Part shown: positions 49,910 to 61,260 of the stretch, piece after piece
Numbering within the stretch: the stretch's first letter is position 1
How the letters are laid out: every line of letters starts with the position of its first letter
Source of the DNA: Hypanus sabinus
Taxonomy: Eukaryota
Direction of reading: 5' to 3'
Assembly: GCF_030144855.1 (NCBI RefSeq)
Contig: NC_082725.1
Span: 15,376,001-15,440,000, forward strand
Length of the DNA stretch: 64,000 nucleotides
The notes under the pieces: generated by a model
Seen by the model: only the letters and a program-made list of their open reading frames with translations
Told to the model about the DNA's origin: nothing
The model's database searches: none
Translations under genes and position numbers: made by a program

Positions 49910-51495
49910 CCTAACCACTCCACCCCCCCACCATCACCCTCCTCTGCCTAGCGAAACTCATCCTCACTCTCAATAATTTCTCCTTTGGCTCCTCCCACTT
50001 CTTTCAAACAACAGGGGTAGCCATGGGCACTCCCATGGGTCACAGCTATGCCTAGCTGTGTGTCGGCTACGTGGAGCAGTCTATGTTCCCAGCCTACACT
50101 GGTGACTGTCCTGCACTTTTCCTTTGCAACATCGCCGACTGCATTGGTGCTGCTTCCTGCACTCGCACTGATCTCGTTGACTCATCAACTTTGCCTCCAA
50201 CTTCCACCCTCCCTCAAATTCACCCAGTTCATTTCTGACAGCTCCCTTCCCTTTCTTGATCTCACTGTCTCTACCTCCAGAGACAGTTTACTCACCGATG
50301 TCTATTACAAGCCCACGGACTCTCACAGCTACCTGGACTACACCTCATCCGACCCTACCACTTGTAAAAATGCCATCCCCTTTCCTCAGTTCCTCTGTCT
50401 CCACCGCATCTGCTTTCAGGATGAAGCTTTTCAGTCTAGAATGAAGGAGATGTCCTCCTTTTTCAAAGAAAAGGGTTTCCCTTCCTCCACCATCAACGCT
50501 GCCCTTAACCACATCTCTTCCATTTCATGCACTTCTGCTCTTAGTCCATCCTCCCACCACTCTACCAGGGTTAGGGTTCCTCTTGTCCTCACCTATCAAC
50601 CCACCAGCCTCCGCATCCAGCATATAATTCTCTGAAACTTCCATCTCCAACTGGATCCCACCACTAAGCACATCTTTCACTCCCCCCCTCCACTTTCTGC
50701 TTTCCATAGGGATATCTCCCTATGTGACTCCCTTGTCTATTAGTCCTTCCTGGCCCTTATCTTTGCAGTGCTACGCCTGCCCCTACACCTCCTCCCTCAC
50801 TACTATCCAGGGCCCAAAAACAGTCCTTCCAGGTGAGGCGACACTTCACCTGTGAGTCTGTTGGGGTCATTTGCTGTGTTTGGTGCTCCTGGTGTGGCCT
50901 CCTGTATGTCATTGAGACCTGACATAGAGTGGCAGATCGCTTCACCGAGCATCTATGCTCCGTTCTCCAGAACGTTGGGATCTCCCAGTGGCCGTCCATT
51001 TTAATTCCAGTTCCCATTCCCATTCTGATATGTCCATCCATGGCCTCCTCCACTGTCGGAATAAAGCCACACTTTGGTTGGAGGAACAACACTTTATATT
51101 CCATTTGAGTAGCCTCCAACCTGATGGCATGGACATTGATTTCTCAAACCTCCGGTAATGTCCCCCACCCCCCACTTCTCCATTTCCTATCCCCTTTTCC
51201 CTCTCTCACCTCATCTCCTTGCCTGCATATTGCCTCCCTCCAGTGCTCCTTCCTCCTTTTTCTTTCTTCCATGTCTCTTTCACCAATCAACTTCCCATCT
51301 CTTTACTTCATCCCTCCACCTCCAGGTTTCACCTATCAGCTGGTGTTTCTCTCTCCCTCCCCCATCTTTTAAATCTACTCCTCAGCTTTTTCACTCTAGT
51401 CCTGCTGAAGGGTTTCGGCCTGAAATGTCCACTGTACTCTTTTCCATAGATGTGCCCTGTCCTGCTGAGTTCCTCCAGCATTTGGAGTGTGTTGC
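49910..51495 (+). mobile_element. Penelope-like element, 5'-truncated (RT, GIY-YIG, terminal repeat)
   Basis: FQTTGVAMGTPMG; LPFLDLTV…YYKPTDSHSYLDYTSS; HFNSSSHS…LEEQHFIF; degenerate hammerhead at ~51399-51432. Confidence 0.9.
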
Positions 51496-52049
51496 TTATA
51501 AGTCAGAGCCCAAGTTTAAACCCAGCCATTGGAGCTGTGGGATTTAACATAGCTTAATGTTTTAGAACTTTGAAAAAAGAGTATTTGCTAAAAATAGCTA
51601 CAAAACTACCAGACCGTTGTAAAACACTGTTTCACTAATGTCTTCAGGGTAGAAAATCTTCTTTGTCACCACCCCACCATGAAGAATATCTTCAAAAGGT
51701 GATGCTTCAAAAGGCATCAAAACAACAAATCTCATGGCATGTGCCAGTGAGAATAAATCTGATTCTGATCTCATTCTGGTCATTAGCTAGAGTGGCCAAA
51801 ATGACTCCAGAACCACTCACAATGTAATTGCCCCTTGACTACCTTCTGGCCCGATGAAATGGCCGAGCCCGTCACTCAGTCTATAGACAACTCGGGATGG
51901 AGGCAAACTCTCAGCTGCAGTGATCTCATGCCAGCTCTCCCACAAATATAAAACATAGACAACACCACTCAATCCGGGGGAGAAATTCCGACTCTGTTTC
52001 TCTCCCCACTTCTGCCACTTCACCTCGTGGAGCCACACAGAAATGGGTT

Positions 52050-52817
52050 CTCTGGCCCATCACATCAATGCTGATCTGTCTGCCCAGTTACAGGATTCCC
52101 ATTTTTCATGTATTAATAACTTTCCTTTTTAGGCCTGGCATGTTCTCTCTAAATCTTCTTAAACATAGTAATTGCATGTGATTTCATGACTCCTCTGGCA
52201 GCATGCTCTAGGTATCAGCAACTGTCTATGTGAAAAAGACTCAGACTCCCTTTAAATCTCCTACCACTCACATTAAACCTGTGCCCTCTTGTTTTTTTTA
52301 TACCTGTACAATGAAATATGCTCCTGACTATCTTTCCTTTCAATTCCTTTCTTAAGCTAATAAACTTTATCAGATCAGCCGACTGCCTCCTTCACTCCAG
52401 GGAAATTAAGTCCAACCTATCCAATCTCTCCTTATAACTGAAGTCATCCAATCCAGACAACATCATGGATAATCTCCTCTGCACTCTCTCTAGTATAGCC
52501 ACATCCTTCCAATCACAAACAAGAGAAAGTCTGCGAATGCTGGAAATCTGAACAATACACATAAAATGCTAGAGGAACTCAGCAACTATGGAAAAAGGTA
52601 CAGACGTCCTTCCATTGGTGGGCCTGGCAAATGGTTCCAGTCAGGACCATAAAACATGCAGCAGGAGCAAAATTAGGGCAGTCAGCGCATCAACTCTGCT
52701 CTGCCATTTAGTCATGGCTGATTCATGTCCCTTTCAACTCCATTCTCCTGCCTTCTCGTAACCTTTGCCTTCAGCCCTTACTATTCAAGAACTTATCAGT
52801 TGCTGCTTTGAATGTAC
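52050..52817 (-). mobile_element. Decayed CR1 3' fragments with a PLE terminal fragment (~52512-52605)
   Basis: Similarity to other CR1 and PLE ends in the window. Confidence 0.6.
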
Positions 52818-53039
52818 TGTTATGTTTTGTAATTTCAAAACATTAAACTAATTCAAAGGAAGACATGGAAGTCCAGAAATGTGTGTCTAACTTTTTGAGT
52901 TTACTTTAATAGAGGTGGGCATGTATCACGTATTTATACATGTATTCCATAATGAATCATTTAAACAAACAAGAATTCCCAATCAAAGAACATATTTACA
53001 AAGTTACTCAAATGTTACTAAAACATTAAATGCACAACA
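52818..53039 (-). repeat. 3' LTR of copy A
   Basis: Minus strand TGTTGTGCA…CATAACA directly after the PPT; homologous to 58081-58316. Confidence 0.88.
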
Positions 53040-53334
53040 CTCCTCCCTGCTTAGCTATAAACTCCAACTCAATAGAGAATGCATCTCAACTATATGTACT
53101 GACATTCACTGCAGAATAAATTTTAAATTGTCCCATTCAGGCTTAAAGAATTAATCACTGTGGAGTATTTCTTAATCTTCTGGGATAATGTCGTTCCTGA
53201 CAAGGGGGATCACTTTGCTTGGCAGCTAAGACTTGTGATTGTGAAACAATCTCACATTCGGAGGCCTCCTCCGTGATCATTGTAGGAGTTGTCTCTGAGA
53301 CTGCAGGAAGTGATTCTGACAGCTCTGGGTATCT

Positions 53335-53930
53335 TTCTTCTCCTTCATTTTTCTTCTTCTAGCTTGTGCATCTTGATCATGGGAAGCAGTATTTATTTTA
53401 CTGCAGTATTCTCTTATTAAAGTTTCTAAAACTAAAGTTACTAAAACTTCAAATGCTCCCTTTATGATCAGTTCTCTCCTCTTGGCTTCCTCATCCACAA
53501 AATCATCTGACAAATCCTTTGTTTTCATATCTCAATTTACTCCTTTCTCTTTGGTCTTCCATTCATCCAGCTGGGCTTTGGTCTTTGCATCTACTTTTAT
53601 GAGCAGCTTTTTTTTCTTTCACTTGAAGTTCTTGCAATAACCTTTATTCATGTAGAGTAGATTTTGGCTCTTTATACTTACTAAAGCCATTTCCTTGCAA
53701 CTTTTCTGAAACTCCTTGAACTCCCTTCCAGCTTAAAACCAAGTCACTTTCACAAGGAAATGCCTGATTCACTCATCAGAAGTCTTCTCACATATGCTGC
53801 CTATGAAAACTGTTGAGGTTGGACCACTAATTTCCTCTGAGCAATGGTCCTTCCATTGATTCTTTAAGCTTTTTAACAAGAGACATGGAGATTGGCACTA
53901 ACACCTGGTTGCCCATTGCTGGGGAGCAAT
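53335..53930 (-). pseudogene. RBM25: Processed RBM25 fragment (RRM and downstream region) inside LTR copy A, disabled
   Basis: QVLVPISMSLV…KDH…GPTSTVFIGSICEKTSD…LVLSWK.VQG…KYKEPKSTL…KKLLIKVDAKTKAQLDEWK…DEEAKRRELIIKGAFEVL…LIREY; several stops and frameshifts. Confidence 0.88.
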
Positions 53931-55429
53931 TCATGGTGTACAGCATGGAGACAGTTGTGGTATCATTCAATATCTTTCTTAATTAGCTTTCAGTTGGCTT
54001 CATTGCAGTGGATGTGGCACGCAAATAGTGGTTGTAGTTGTTTCAACCAGTCCCATCCCCACAATGCTGATCCTCCTGTTTTTACCACATTCAAGTCCAA
54101 CATCGTTCCCACAGATGTTACATTTTATCCTGTATAAGTTCTTAGTTGGATATCTGCAGGCTTCAATTTGGCATAATTTAAATGCCATTCAAACTTATTT
54201 TGTTGAATGACTGAAACAGCTGAACCTGTGTCCAATTCCATTTTAATTAATTTTCCATTCAGTTCTGGTGTAAGCTATATTGCCCGTCTATTGTTAGCTT
54301 CCACATTGTGAATCTCAGGGGTACCTAGTCCTGCGTCATTCTCATCATTATCAGATTTTTCATCAACAGCATGCAGTTTAGTGCACTTTTTGAAACTACA
54401 ACTTAACTTTTTAGTTTTGCTCTTCCTTGTGCAGTCCATTTATTTTCGTCTGCCCAACATGACCTTTGTATGTACTTTACTTCCTTGCATTTTCTGCAAG
54501 TTTCACCGTTATATCTGCATTTGTTTGTTATATTTGAGCCATTGCCAAAATGGAAACACAATTTGGTTGGCCTCACTGATTTCCATTTAGAAGTTGCAAT
54601 TTTGTTTGTGCTCACTTTCATTCCTGAGTGCAACTCAGTTACATCTCTGCCTGCTGTTTCCATTGATACAGCAATTTCAACTGCTCTTTTCAATGTAAGT
54701 TGTGTTTTAGTTAGGAGCTGTTTTTGATTGCTTTCTTTTAAGATTCCACAAACTAAACAACCTCTCAGTGCATCATTAAGTCCATCCTTGAACTTACAAT
54801 GCTCAGACAATGTCTTCAATTCAGCCATGTACGCAGAAATGGTCTCCCCTTCCGTTTAAATCCAGTTATGAAGCCTAAAATATTCTGCAATCAGCAATGA
54901 TTTTGTTTTTAAATGTTTCCTGCATTCCTTTCACAATATCAACAAAGTCACATTTCCGCTAGTTTGGTTGGAGTAGTCAAATTTCGAAGCAAACTGTATG
55001 CTTTTAAATCCAATGCGCTCAGCAAAATTTGTACTCTTTTCTAATTGCCTATTTAATTTGCTTCAAAGTACTGTACAATTTTCTCAGTATATAAAATCCA
55101 GTTATTTGATGTGTAATCAATCATGTCTAACTTTCTGATGTATCCAGCCATTTCTGTTCTTTCTTTTATGATACTTCTCTCCCAGTACTTACCGTTTACG
55201 AACCATGAATCGTTCTGTCTACTGACTGTTAATTTGACAGTCCCTGCATGTGCTTGCACTTCTGTTTATTTTACCTCCTGTTCCTCATTGTGGTTTTTTT
55301 TAAATTCAAGTGCCTTGATTCATTTTCAACATGTTGGTAGCCATCTCAGGTTTATTTTTAAAATACTTCATCACAACTGTTACGTTCTGAAACTAAGTGA
55401 AAGGAAGACAAGGGAGTCTGAACCATAGG

Positions 55430-56300
55430 CAGAGGCAGAGATGTGATGGTGCTAAATTGCGACTCCTTTGTGTTCGTCTATGAAAACAGTTTAATTCCTA
55501 CCTTTCATGTTGCTCCTTTTCCTTCAGGGTCTGTTTCCTTTTCTGTTGAAGATCCTGACCTGGAGTTTGACCCTGAGATCCTGACACTCTAACTTTGATT
55601 CTTATTAGTGGTGGGAGCTGCTCTTGGCGCTCATGGCTGGCCGATTTCAATATCCCAAGGATGCGTACTAGAACATGAGTGCACCTTCAGGGTTCCAAGG
55701 TTTTGTAGCCCTGTGGGCCGGGCTGATTCTAATCAAGTGCCACCGACTGTAATGTTGCAGGAGAGACTGGAATATCGGGAACAGCGGATCAGCTGTCAGA
55801 GGCTGTGAACTCAGCGACTTGCGCGCTCTTTTTCTCTATCTCTCGTGGCTACGTGAGAGATTGTTGCTGATTCTCGGGTCACAGAACTCAGAAGAAAAAC
55901 GGCAGACTTTTAAGCCCATAAACCAACTAGTTGTTTTATTATGTCTCTCTTCTCGCTATGAAAGGGACACTGCTTTTTCCCTTTATTAAGGAAAGAGAGA
56001 ATCTGTTTTTGTTGCACTGCAGATCATGGTCTTTTTTGGAATCCTTGCTATTGCATGCTCGATGGGTGGAGGGTGCTGATGGTTTTTTGCAGAAGTGGGT
56101 GGGGATGGGGTGGGTCGAAGCTTTGCTGCTGCTTGTGTGTGGGAGGGAAGAGTAGGGGGACTTTGGGGTTCTACGTTTTAACTGTCATTCATTCTCTGGG
56201 CCATTCTTCTGCCTTTTTGGATGTCTGTAAAGGGAAAGAATTTCAGGGTATATATTGTATTCATTTCTCTAATATTAAATGGAACTATTGAACTACTGAA
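55430..56300 (+). mobile_element. Unclassified, probably non-autonomous LINE-derived repeat
   Basis: Interrupts the LTR; ends in ATTAAATGGAACTATTGAACTACTGAA short tandem tail; no recognisable coding motif. Confidence 0.45.
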
Positions 56301-56309
56301 TTTGAGTGT

Positions 56310-57020
56310 AAATTCATATTTACTTCAAGTGAACCTTTCCACCAGACCATTTAAAGCTGGTGGCATAGTACAGATGTATAATATCATATTCCATCCACTT
56401 GCAGGAATGACTGAAACTGCTCCCCCACAAACTGTGGTCCATTGTCACTCACTAAGTGTTTTGAACCACCAGTCCTTGTCAATTCAATACAGTCTTTTCA
56501 ATACATCAGCAGTGTGCAAGGCTGCAGTGGAGGCTATTGGCAACACTTCAAGCTACTTTGTAGCTGCATCCACAACTATCAAGGAGTTTATGCCCATGAA
56601 TGGTTTGGCAAAATCCACAAGAATCCTCTGCCAGGGCAAAGCAGGCCTTTCCCAGGGATGGAGAGGTGCCGCTCTTTGCAACTTCTGGATGTGTTGCCAT
56701 ACCAAACAATGCTCGATCTGTTTATCAATCCCAGGCCATCAGACAAAGCTGTGAGCCAATGCTTTCATTATAACCATGCCTGAATAATCAGCATTTCGCT
56801 CCTCCAACACTTTAGCTTTCAGTTTTGATAGTACAACAAAATCCCCACATAAACCAACCTCTGTCAAGGGCAAGTCCATACTGGCTCTGGTAAAAATGGT
56901 GGAACTGGAATATCTGTAGCACATTCCAGCCATTATGGGTGGCCATGTAGACCTGAGATAGTGTGGCATCTTTTCTGATTTCTCTTTGAATCATCTCTCC
57001 CATAATAAGGAGACTTTCAA
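56310..57020 (-). mobile_element. Gypsy pol fragment (post-RNaseH linker, zinc-binding region and integrase core), decayed
   Basis: IQREIRKDATLSQV; SFV*WPG; PWQRILVDFAKPFMGINSLIVVDA; HLVSDNGPQFV. Confidence 0.88.
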
Positions 57021-57122
57021 TTTAATTGTCGAGTTAAAAAAAAAGGACAGTAAATGGAAGAATTCACAATACATAAATAGTGAGTACTGGGTGATAACAA
57101 TCATTTTTTAAAAAGAGCAGAA

Positions 57123-57740
57123 ATGGCTGGCCATATCAGAAAGCATATTGGACCAAGGAAGGACCTTGCTTCTCAGATGAATTGTGAAAGAGGTCAAAGC
57201 AGAGGTTTGACTATAACAGTTTTTGCAGGCAACATATCTGACAAAGCTTTTGGTATGTTGATTGGGATTTTACGTGCAAAATGTGGCTTGGTTTTAAGCT
57301 GGAAGAGAGTTCAAGGAGCTTCACGAAAATTGCAAGCATTTAGCTTTCGTGAGTATAAAGTATCAGAATCTGCTCTGCGTGCTTTAAGTTTATTGCATGA
57401 ACTTCAAGTTGGAGACAAAAAGCTGCTTGTAAAAGTAGATGCAAAGACCAAAGCCCAGCTGGAGGAGTGGAAGGTCAAAAAGAAAGAAGTTCAATGGAGC
57501 TATGAAAACAGAGGATTCATCAGATGTTTTGAATGAGGAATCCAAGAGGAGAGATCAGATATTAAAGTGAGCAATAGAAATATTAATAGAGAATACTCCT
57601 GCAAACTAAATGCACATTCCCAAGATCAAGATGCATAAACTAGAAATAAGTAAACAGAAGAGCAAGATAAAGAGAGAAAGAAGCAGAGACCAGGACAGAA
57701 GCAAGGATCAAAGTTGCCCTTCAGAGAGAAAAGCAGAAAG
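57123..57740 (+). pseudogene. RBM25: gag(7 aa)::RBM25 chimeric reading frame; RRM still open for 137 codons (57123-57536), frameshifted thereafter
   Basis: MAGHIRK|HIGPRKD…TVFAGNISDKA…AKCGLVLSWKRVQGASRKLQAF.F.EYK..ESALRAL.LLHELQVGDKKLLVKVDAKTKAQLEEWK; then NEESKRRDQILK*AIEILI.EYSCKLNA and RERSRDQDRSKDQS..REKSR, all matching vertebrate RBM25 as I recall it. Confidence 0.92.
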
Positions 57741-58080
57741 AAAGTAGAAGAAAGATGTCCAGAGCTGTCAGAACCACTTATTGCAGTGCCAGAATCAAAT
57801 CCTACAACCACCATGGACGAGGCCCCAAAACCTGAGATTGTTTCAGAGTCACAAGTTTCACCTGCCAAGTACAGTGATTCCCCTTGTCAGGAAGGATGTA
57901 ATCCAACAAGAGCAAGGAATCCTCCACAGCGATTAAATTTTTAGGCCTGAATGGAACAATTTAATATTTACTATACTGTGGATATCCATATTGTAGTTAC
58001 AGTATATTACATATTATACTGTTTATATAGTTGAGATACTTTCTTTATTGAGTTGGAGTTTATAACTAAGTCGGGAGTAG

Positions 58081-58316
58081 GGTTGTGCACTTAATAATTA
58101 AATAATCTTATAAATATATTGTTTGATTAAGCATTCACTGTTGTCAATATAATTCATTATGGTTATATGTAAAAATACATGAATTACAAATGTTATGATG
58201 CTATCATGTGATATGTGCATGCCTTTCTTAAAGTAAATACAAATTTAGAGTCACATATCAGACTCCCTTATCTTCCTTTGAATTCGTTTAATGTTTTGAA
58301 ATTACAAGAAATACCA
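58081..58316 (+). repeat. 3' LTR of copy B
   Basis: GGTTGTGCAC…GTTTAATGTTTTGAAATTACAAGAAATACCA, inverted homolog of 52818-53039. Confidence 0.85.
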
Positions 58317-58339
58317 GTGTTCAATCAATTTTGGCTTAC

Positions 58340-58575
58340 TGTTCTCTCTAGCCTCTGTAATTCCTTTTACTCCCCTGTAATACTGACACATCTGACTTTA
58401 TCTTCTCCCTCCCAAACTGCAGATTAAATTCTGTCATATTATGGTCATTGTCTCCTACATGCTCCTTTTCCTTAAGCTCCCTAAGTAAATCTGCTTCTTT
58501 ACACAACACCCAATGCAGAATTGCCTTTCCCCTTATGGGCTCAACCACAAGATGCTCTAAAAGGACATCTCGTAG
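58340..58575 (-). mobile_element. CR1 endonuclease fragment
   Basis: VEPIRGKAILHWVLC…GDNDHNMTEF. Confidence 0.8.
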
Positions 58576-60529
58576 ATGTTATTCAATCGTGGACATGATA
58601 AGTATGGTAACAGTAATTCCTCAGTTTGCTTCCAAAATAATGTTAAGGAGCAGATTGTTGATGAAACATTCCATATATTCATTGGAGTTATTTATGATTT
58701 GTAGACAGATTGCAGATAAGGTCTGTAACTGAAAATACATTGCCATTTTCTATGCAGATTCATTCTCATTCCAAAGTTGACAGTTTATTTCAATAGACGA
58801 CTGAGGGACTCTGACAGATGTTGTTCATTTTCAGGAGGAAAAATTACCATATCATCTGCATTGCACAAATATGTGATAAAGCTATCGCTGATAGAAATTG
58901 CAGCTGTCATTGCAATCACTCATTTTATTGAATTAATGCGGTGCCTAATGGACAGAGAGGCATATCGCCCCCATTGTTTCAAATGTTCCTGAGCTGTGTA
59001 CTTGAGTGTGACCATATGCAAAGTTAACATGAAAGCCTGACTGCCTTTTGTTGTTAGATGTTCACTCGCACAAGCCGGAAAATCTCAAGAAAGCAAAATC
59101 TCAGAAGCCTTCTTCATTCAATACAATCTCTTTTGGTTAACAAATAAGAAGACATAATTATCAAGTTATTTAATTAGATCTTCATTAAAAGGATGCTCAA
59201 ACATTAATGACATTAAAACCATTGCATGTACATTACACAAAATAAGGCTCATTAGAGCAGAAAAGGGAAGTTTTATCATTATGATGCACATCTATTAAAG
59301 AATTCTAGTGTGCATGAAGTCTTCCTTATTATTCCATTTGTGCTTCCTGTACTGTTTAATGGACTTCTTTCCAATTTCACATTATAGAGTAGAGTTTCAA
59401 ATATTTATGAAGAGAATTTGCCTGGGAAGGTGCCTATTTTTAAAGTAATAGCTAAGCTGAGCAAATTAATATGAGCTGCTTGTGAAAGTTGTTTTATATA
59501 TAGCTCGTTGTACCACATTATATGTGGCGCATGTCTACAAAAAGTCTATTAAAAGTCTGTGAAAAGTTTATTTTTCAGATTGTTATGAAATCTGAAGTCT
59601 TTTACGTTATTAAATCATGTGTGCTCTCTTGCATAGAATTTGTATGCATGAAGTACACTTATAAAAAGTTATTCATTTATTCTGTGTTCTCAATACAGAT
59701 GTACAATCTGCTGGAAGTGCCTTTAGATAGAATACTAGATATATACAGACCCAAGATCTCAGTGCTGTTGCCTTTGTTCGGTTAAGGAATTTAGTCAGTC
59801 AATGATAGAACAAGAATTCCTTTGGAGGCATGGACTTTCCATAAACAAGAGTAATGAATGGCAATGAGTTTCCACTTAGCTGCCATTCTTTCCAAAAAGG
59901 TCACTATGTTGATTTTCTATTAAATGTTTCACAATTCTGCAAAAAGTCAAATCTATCCAACTATTTTATCAACATTATAAATATACTAGGACAAGAGACT
60001 TCATTTCTAACAATGTCTAAAACTTTCCAAAGCACACTTATATATTTTTTTTTGGAAAATGTAATCCCAAAAAAATCTGCTGAATTAATGTTTCAGGTCA
60101 TGGACCCTCTCACAGGACTGAGCCTCCCCCGATGAACTGGTTTCTTTTTCCACAGATGTTGCCTGCCTGGCTGAGTTCTTCCAGAATTTTCTTGTGGTTT
60201 CAGATTCCAGCATCTGCAATTTTGTATGTTTCCTTGAAACCTCAACTTTTGTTCACAGTGAAGCCAGATGAATCTCTTCCCCATGTTGTTACCCTTGAGT
60301 CCGCTTTTCTGAATACCTGATGCCACAGGAGATTGGGCCAAGCACATCACTTAAAAGCTGGCAAAATTCAGTCAAAGAAACACTGACCCTTGAACTCATG
60401 ACCTATGTCACAATGAAATCAGTGCTCTTATCTGTGATGCTGAGCCAACTGTACTGTTTCTCATAAATTGTGGTTTGATTTAGTCACATATCTAATCTTG
60501 ACCCTATTGGCCTGTCTAACTTCGACGTT

Positions 60530-61260
60530 AGAAACACAGAAACATAGAAAACCTACAGCACAATACAGGCGCTTTTGCTCACAAAGCTGTGCCAAACATG
60601 TCCTTACCTTAGAAATTACCTGGTGTTACTCTTAGCCCTCAATTTTTCTGAGCTCCATGTACCTGTCCAGAAGCCTCTTAAAAGACCCCATCATATCTAT
60701 CTGCACCACCATCGCCAGCAGCCCATTCCACACACTCACCCCTCTTTGCATAAAAAAACTTACCCCTGACATCTCCTCTGTATCTACTTCCAAGCACCTT
60801 AAAATGGTGCCCTCTCATGCTAGCCATTTCAACCCTGGGAAAAAGCCTCTGACTATCCACATGATCAATGCCCCTCATTATCTTATATAACTCTATCAAG
60901 TCACCTCTCATCCTCCATCGCTCCAAGGAAAGAAGGCTGAGTTCATTCAACCTATTCTCATAAGGCATGCTCCCCAATCCAGGCAACATCCTTGTAATTC
61001 TCTTCTGCACCCTTTCTATGGTTTCCACATCCTTCCTGTAGTGAGGCGACCAGAACTGAGCACAGTGCTGCAAGTGGGGTCTGACCAGTGTCCTATGTAG
61101 CTGCAACATTACCTCTCAGCTCCTAAACGCAATCCCATGATTGATGGAGGTCAATGCACTGCATGTCTTCTTAACCACAGAGTCAACTTGTGCAGCAGCT
61201 TTGAATGTTCTATGGACTCGGACCCCAAGATCCTCTTATCCTGCACACTGCCAAGAATAT
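60530..61260 (-). mobile_element. CR1 3' end, relatively well preserved
   Basis: LHRTLVRPHLQHCAQFWSPHYRKDVETIERVQKRITRMLPGL…RMRGDLIELYKIMRG. Confidence 0.9.

Larger units (their letters stand above)
52818..55425 (-). mobile_element. Gypsy-type LTR retrotransposon copy A, non-autonomous: partial 5' LTR, PBS, gag, protease, captured RBM25 fragment, pol C-terminal tail, PPT, 3' LTR
   Basis: gag start MAGYIRKLDMIDYTSNNWILYTEKIVQYFEAN (ATG 55151); AELKTLSEHCKF…ALRGCLVCGI; decayed zinc knuckles; protease MELDTGSAVSV (~54208-54241); PPT AGCAGGGAGGAG (53040-53051); LTR TG…CA 53039-52818; LTR end again at 55378-55425. Confidence 0.9.
57030..58316 (+). mobile_element. Gypsy-type LTR retrotransposon copy B, 5'-truncated: leader, gag::RBM25 fusion, pol C-terminal tail, PPT, 3' LTR
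   Basis: Leader homologous to 55152-55240 (minus); pol tail EERCPELSEP…TRARNPPQRLNF; PPT-like tract ~58067-58080; LTR 58081-58316. Confidence 0.88.

Noticed and set aside
56221-56783. 177-aa and 113-aa plus-strand ORFs as novel genes
   Set aside because: They are antisense to the decayed Gypsy integrase fragment.
57123-57536. The functional RBM25 gene locus
   Set aside because: Uninterrupted and truncated at both ends, no PWI domain, frameshifts and stops downstream, and embedded between a gag start and a pol tail/LTR.
52812-58322. A single intact LTR element with a TSD
   Set aside because: The LTRs are inverted rather than direct, are clearly diverged, and the flanking bases do not form an exact duplication.
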